From: Blastocystis sp. Blastoise
Taxonomy: Eukaryota; Protista; Bigyra: Opalinata
Assembly: GCA_039096225.1 (NCBI GenBank)
Contig: JBBPEB010000027.1
Location: 248,001-312,000, forward strand
Length of the DNA stretch: 64,000 nt
Reading direction: 5' to 3'
The notes beneath the pieces are model-generated. The model saw only the letters and a program-made list of their open reading frames with translations. It had not been told where the DNA came from and made no database searches. Both the position numbers and the translations under genes were made by a program. Every line of letters begins with the position of its first letter. Positions within the stretch are counted from its first letter, which is position 1. Positions 57,844 through 64,000 of the stretch are shown one piece after another.

Positions 57844-58984
57844 TCTATTTCATGAGATTTTAGATTGAGTTTTATCAGTATTTTATTGTTTTATATATAT
57901 AGTTATTTGTATTTTTTTTTCTTCTTTTTTGTTGATTTAATAGATTGTTCATTTTTAATAGTATTCTTATCTAATCAATTTATAAAAGGAAAATTTATAC
58001 TCTTATAGAATTATTTTCAGTATCTATTTCATTTTTTTTATGCATTATTGTCTCTCCTGTTTCTTTATATTGTTCTTTCTCGTTACAAGATTGTTTTGTT
58101 GTCAAAATCCTCTTTCATTAAACATTCTCATAATCAAATTTGAATAAATATATACGTCTCAATAGTTTACAAACATATACAGTTCAAGAATAGGCAAATA
58201 TTAATAATGACGATAATTTCACTTCTTTTTGATAATTAATACGTAAGGTATCTCTTCTTAAAGTAACTATCATACAATAAAAGATCTATTGACATGTAAA
58301 AGAGTATTCTAGATATTATTGTAACATCATATATTGTGTATAATTGATTCAATAGAATATTATTTTAAAATCTCACTCACAAGAACACTATTCATATATC
58401 TATTCATGAAAATTAAAATAAAAAAACAGGTTCCAATAATTAATTTTTATAAGACAAAAACGAATTATAAAAAAAATATTTAATAATAATGTAAATATTG
58501 ACAACCTTATTGAGCTATACTATAGTTATTAGATTATTCAAACACGACAATAACTATGAACAATATAAAAGCAGAAAAAACTATAGTATTAAAAAAAAAC
58601 GATAGACTATCCAGTATTTCCTTTAAAAGAGAAGATATTCCATAAGAAGATTCATAAAAACATCATAAAATACAAAAACAAATTCCAGTACTTGGCAAAC
58701 ACAAGAAATGAAAATACAACCATAAACACAAAAAATGAAACGAATAGTATTATTCGATTCAATAATAATGAAATGCCGAAAGATGACAGGTCGTCTGTAG
58801 ATATATGTCAATCATGATAAAATGATGTGAATTGATAAAAACCAAGATAAACCAATTAGAAGATGACTTCAAGATCTTTTATTTGACATATATTTCAACC
58901 AACCATTTGTGGTCTATTTTTCTCGAGCAATTGTATTCTCGAAAAAAAATATATAATTCTTTTATTTATTTGTATTAAATAAAA

Positions 58985-60166
58985 ATGAAGTTTGTTCTTG
59001 CTATTTGTTTAATAGCTGTTGTTTTTGCTTTTGACAATGGTCTTGGTTTAAAGCCTCAAATGGGTTTTAATACTTGGAATAAGTTTGGTTGTAATATTAA
59101 CGAACAATTAGCTCGTGATACTGCTGATGTTATGATTGAAAAGGGACTTCTTGAAGCTGGTTATGAATATCTTAACCTTGATGATTGTTGGCAAGTCTCT
59201 CGTGATAGTAATAAGAAAATTGTTGAAGATCCTAAAGCTTTTCCTTCTGGTATGAAGGCTCTTGCTGATTATGTTCACTCTAAGGGTCTTAAATTTGGTC
59301 TTTATTCTGATGCTGGTTTAACTACTTGTGCTGGAAGACCTGGTTCTCTTAATTATGAAGAAATTGATGCTAATACTTATGCTGAATGGGGTGTAGATTA
59401 CCTTAAATATGATAATTGTAATGATGCTGGTATTATTCCTGAACATCGTTATCCTATTATGGCTGAAGCTTTCAAGAAAGCTAATAGAACTATGTTCTTA
59501 TCTATGTGTGAATGGGGTGTAAACAAACCTGCTGAATGGGCTCGTTTAACTGGTAATTCTTGGAGAACTACTTATGATATTACTGATTCTTGGAATTCTA
59601 TGATTCAACTTGCTGAAGAAAATGAACCTTTATGGAGAGCTGCTGGTCCTGGTGGTTGGAATGATCCTGATATGTTAGAAGTTGGTAATGGTGGTATGTG
59701 GAAGGAAGAATATATTACTCACTTTTCTCTTTGGGCTCTTATGAAAGCTCCTCTTCTTATTGGTTGTGATCTTACTAAAGCTACTGATGAAACTTTTGAA
59801 ATTCTTTTAAATAAGGAAATTATTGCTATTAATCAAGATGCTCTCGGTGTTCAAGGCCATCGTGTTTGGTCTGATAAGGGAGGAAACACTGAAGTTAATG
59901 GTGATATTCCTAAGGGTAATTATGAAGTTTGGAGTGTTCCTCTTATTGATGGTTCTTATGCTGTTATTCTCTTTAATAGAAATGATGCTTTTGAATCTCA
60001 TGATATCACTGCTATCTTTACTGATTGTGGTATGAGAGAAAATACTTCTGCTTATGTCCGTGATTTATGGAAACATGAAGATTTAGGTATTTTCGATAAA
60101 GAATTCACTGCTAGTGTATACAGACACTCTGTTGTTGTTCTTAAAGTCACTCCTAAACTTATGTAA
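58985..60166 (+). CDS. Secreted alpha-galactosidase, GH27, intronless
   Basis: Signal peptide; DNGLGLKPQMGFNTWN, NLDDCW, DYLKYDNC, SWRTTYDI, GGWNDPDMLEVGNG. Confidence 0.97.
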   Translation: MKFVLAICLIAVVFAFDNGLGLKPQMGFNTWNKFGCNINEQLARDTADVMIEKGLLEAGYEYLNLDDCWQVSRDSNKKIVEDPKAFPSGMKALADYVHSKGLKFGLYSDAGLTTCAGRPGSLNYEEIDANTYAEWGVDYLKYDNCNDAGIIPEHRYPIMAEAFKKANRTMFLSMCEWGVNKPAEWARLTGNSWRTTYDITDSWNSMIQLAEENEPLWRAAGPGGWNDPDMLEVGNGGMWKEEYITHFSLWALMKAPLLIGCDLTKATDETFEILLNKEIIAINQDALGVQGHRVWSDKGGNTEVNGDIPKGNYEVWSVPLIDGSYAVILFNRNDAFESHDITAIFTDCGMRENTSAYVRDLWKHEDLGIFDKEFTASVYRHSVVVLKVTPKLM

Positions 60167-60332
60167 ATGAAGTTGATTAATTTTATAGATATACATTATA
60201 TTCTTGTTTTGTTTTTTTAATTTATATATATATTTTTTATTTAAATAGTTGAAAATAGATACTTTAATAACACAACTAATATATATATAAATAAACAACA
60301 CATATAATAAAAACAATATATATATAATAAAA

Positions 60333-61221
60333 TTAAAAGTTCATAAAATAGTCTCCAGTATATTGAACATTATTATTATTCATGGAATCATAGTTATTCG
60401 TATCATTATTGTCCATAGACATTGCATTTTCTTGTTCCATTTCTTGCTGTTGACGTTCTAATTGTAAATCATAATCATTCTATATATATATAATAGTAAT
60501 TCTATATAATACTATCATATTGGTACATTATAAAGTTATAGAGTATATATACTTTCGCTTGGATTTGTTCTTGATAACTCATCATAGGTTTAAGTGATTT
60601 ATTGGAAGATTTATTTGTGTTTTTAGCAATTTTCATAACGGCAGGAGTATTTGGTGTGATTGTGAGCTGACCATGCTGCATTAAATCTATATATATATAT
60701 ATATGTTGTTATTATGATTATGATTATGATTATATATATATATTATATATATGTTATTATGATTATTATGATTATATATATATATTATATATATATTATA
60801 TATACTTAATTCTTCTTCAGTAACCTGCTCCTTCGGTTGTTCTTTATCTTTATTCATAGAATAATGAAGCAATTTCTCAATTTCTGCGTCATCTAATACA
60901 CCATCATCGTCATCCCATGCATCACCACCTTCTTCTTCAATATCCATTCCCCCGTGGGAATCAGAAACAGATTGAAGTACCATAAAGTTCTTTCCTTTAT
61001 TAGAAGCATTTTGAATAGATTGTTTATTATCATTATAAATATCTCCCAATTTGAGTTCATTAGAGAAAGTATTCACAATACTAACATCATTATTAGAGAT
61101 ATCTTCTTGTGGAGGTAGAGTATAGAAGGGAATCTTACCCGTGTTCCAATCATACAATATACATCGACATGCAGTCAATTTATCAGGTATACCTATATAG
61201 ATTTAGATATTATTTATTTTA

Positions 61222-61263
<42 letters not shown>

Positions 61264-61952
61264 CCTTTTGCAAGTTTACCTCTTCGTTGAGCGACATAAC
61301 ATATAAATTCATTTGCTATATATATATATATATATAATAACAATTACAATAAATATATATGATAATTATAATAAAAATATACCTGAATTATACACGGGAA
61401 TATGATAGAAATCAGCCAAATACTCAGGTGGACAACGAGTAACAATTTCATTTACAACTGTTTCTGGATCTTCTATTGTTTGAATATCAACACAATTACG
61501 AAGTAAATAGCCACCTGTTGATTTCCCGCGTTTATTTCCTGTTTCAAAAATAATACCGGGACAATCAATAAGTTGTATTTTACTATCCAACTGAACTTCC
61601 TATATATATATATGTTTATTATATATATAAGAATAAGTGTATATATTAATTATATGATGAGTATATATATATATATATATACTTGTATAGTTTTTGTGAA
61701 TCCAGGTTGCGCTGACACACCGACGACACGACCACGTTTAAGAGAATTAATTAAAGAAGATTTACCTATATATAAATATATATAATATAATTGATAATAA
61801 TAATAATAAGTTTAACAAATAACATAAAATTATAATAATTAAAAAAAATAATATAATATATGATTATAAATATATATACCCACATTAGGATATCCGATAA
61901 TTCCCACGGTTATAGCTGTTTTCATACTTTTATTACGAGAGTAATTTTTTAA

Positions 61953-62011
<59 letters not shown>

Positions 62012-62260
62012 GTAAAAGTTGGTCGGTACCAACAGAAAGAGAAGAAGACAGAAGTGTACTTCCAGCGTGAAGAGATTTAACTTCACTTTGAACTACATTA
62101 CTATGCTATATATAGTAAATAATAAGTATAATAATAATAATAATAATAATAAGATAATAAAAATAAGTATAATAATAATAATATATATATACTCTATTAG
62201 CTGTAGAGGCCTTGAAGGCGACAGCAGGGAATTCCCGTCGGAGACGACGCAACCACTATA

Positions 62261-62300
<40 letters not shown>

Positions 62301-62321
62301 TAGATAATATAGATAATATAG

Positions 62322-62372
<51 letters not shown>

Positions 62373-62495
62373 TATATATATATATACTTGTTCTACAATT
62401 TCTGTTGGTACAAGATCTATCTTATTAAGTACTAAGATAATCATCTTATTGGGGTCTTTTTGTAGGATCTTTCTCTCTACTTCTATAGCTCTACA

Positions 62496-62575
<80 letters not shown>

Positions 62576-63351
62576 ATAGGATCTCTTGCATCTAATACTT
62601 CTATAATAACATCTGATTTCTTAACTAACTATATATATATATAATAATCATAATAATGAGTATTATATTTATTATTCTATACCATTTTTAGTTGTTTAAA
62701 GAATGCACGTCTCGTTTGTTCTGCAGCCTCATCTTCACGGGTATGTTCAAATTTAGAGGTCTCCTATATATATATACCAATAATAATAATAAACATAATA
62801 ATAATGAACATAATAATAAATATAATAATAACAATAAATATAATATTAATAACGAATATAACAATGAATATAATAATAAACATAATAATCAATATAATAA
62901 TAAACATAATAATCAATATAATAAAAAAATAATAATCAATATAATAAAAAACATAATAATAAACATAATAATAAATACAATTTCTATATGTTCATCATCA
63001 TAGGTTTGAGCTCGTTCCATGGCATCTTGAGCCATTTTCTCTAAATTACTTAATTGTAATCCATTTCTTCTTGCAGCAATATCAGGACGATATTTGATTT
63101 GATCAAATTGTTTTTTCTTTTCCATTTTTTCTTTCAATAGCTTAGATTTATTTTCAAGTTTTTGCTTAATATTCTTTAAATTAGGAAGACCAGGATCTTT
63201 TCTTAGTAATGTTCTTTTACCTTCACGAGCTTCTTTTTGTTGCTCTTTTCTCTTATTTTTCTGTTGCTAAATACAAGAAAAATCAAAACTAAGAACACAT
63301 TCTAATTACCTTTTGATTAGCCTTTCCTTTATTTCCTTTTGATATACCCAT
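60333..63351 (-). CDS. GNL3: Nucleolar circularly permuted GTPase, nucleostemin/GNL3/Nug1-like
   Basis: [74 protein letters not shown]. Confidence 0.9.
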
Positions 63352-63904
63352 CTATCTATCTTAAACTAAAATTCAAACGAAAGTATATACTATTTATCCG
63401 CAATAAAAAGAAACAAAACAAGAATGGTTTTTTACCTTTTTCGTGAATTCCCAGTAATAGAAAGAAAAAAAACAATGTCTTTATTTCATTTTTCATATTA
63501 CACGTTTATATGGTTAATTATACACTTTCTCAATAAGATTCCATCGTTTATTTTATCGACTCTATTTAATCTATCAAAGAATAGTAATTTAGAATATATA
63601 TTAATAGTAACTATTGTTATGTAATGAAAATCATTTTGATATTATTTACTAAGAGATTGTTTAATTCAATATATGTGTATATTTAAGCTATTCTATACAT
63701 AATTCTATGTTCAGATAATTAATTGATAATATTTTTTAAATATTTCGTTGTATTTAAATATCTTATTTTTAATCACTTCTTCATGAAATATTCTTCTTAA
63801 ACTAATTCTGAGTTTGTTGTATGCAAAAACTCATCATTTGTTAAATCAATCATGTGTGAATAATGAAACTTCACAGATAGTATATATAATATGAACCAGT
63901 ATGT

Positions 63905-63976
63905 GCCTCTGTAGCTTAGTGGTAGAGCGTTTGTTTCGTAAACAAAAGGTCGAGGGATCAATCCCCTCCAGGGGCT
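63905..63976 (+). tRNA. tRNA-Thr(CGT)
   Basis: Acceptor GCCTCTG/CAGGGGC with C2:G71 and U73; anticodon stem TTTGT/ACAAA, loop TTCGTAA; T arm GAGGG-ATCAATC-CCCTC (A54). Confidence 0.9.
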
Positions 63977-64000
63977 TCATATTTTTTAAATTCTTCTCTC

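Overview
This is a very AT-rich, intron-containing eukaryotic (protist) genomic window. The surface-protein, glycosyltransferase-like and complex I genes are reminiscent of Blastocystis/Opalinata-type stramenopiles, but that is an inference only. I assembled 19 protein-coding genes by hand from GT..AG junctions: SF3A2, RPL41, UMP1/POMP, MED4-like, SMU1, PLPBP, DUF1765-like, TMEM234, RNase Z, NCLX-like exchanger, NDUFC2, DDX6, GT-like protein, a large type I surface protein, GH27 alpha-galactosidase, GNL3, a tandem pair of membrane proteins and one truncated unknown. There are also 2 tRNAs and a 792-bp hAT-type non-autonomous transposon with an 8-bp TSD. The standout is a further gene, a single 16-exon frame-consistent model (4992-20294, ~4522 aa). 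It fuses a helicase-less Dicer core (platform-PAZ-RNase IIIa-degenerate RNase IIIb) to a Maelstrom/DEDDh nuclease domain with an intact catalytic set, a Trp-repeat disordered segment and two C-terminal CS (p23/NudC-like) domains. This makes it a candidate one-polypeptide small-RNA processing and loading machine. Other oddities are apparent AT-AG introns, introns made only of GT(AT)nAG, and a recurrent exonic palindrome TTCCCNNGGGAA. All domain calls come from reading motifs by eye; no searches were run.
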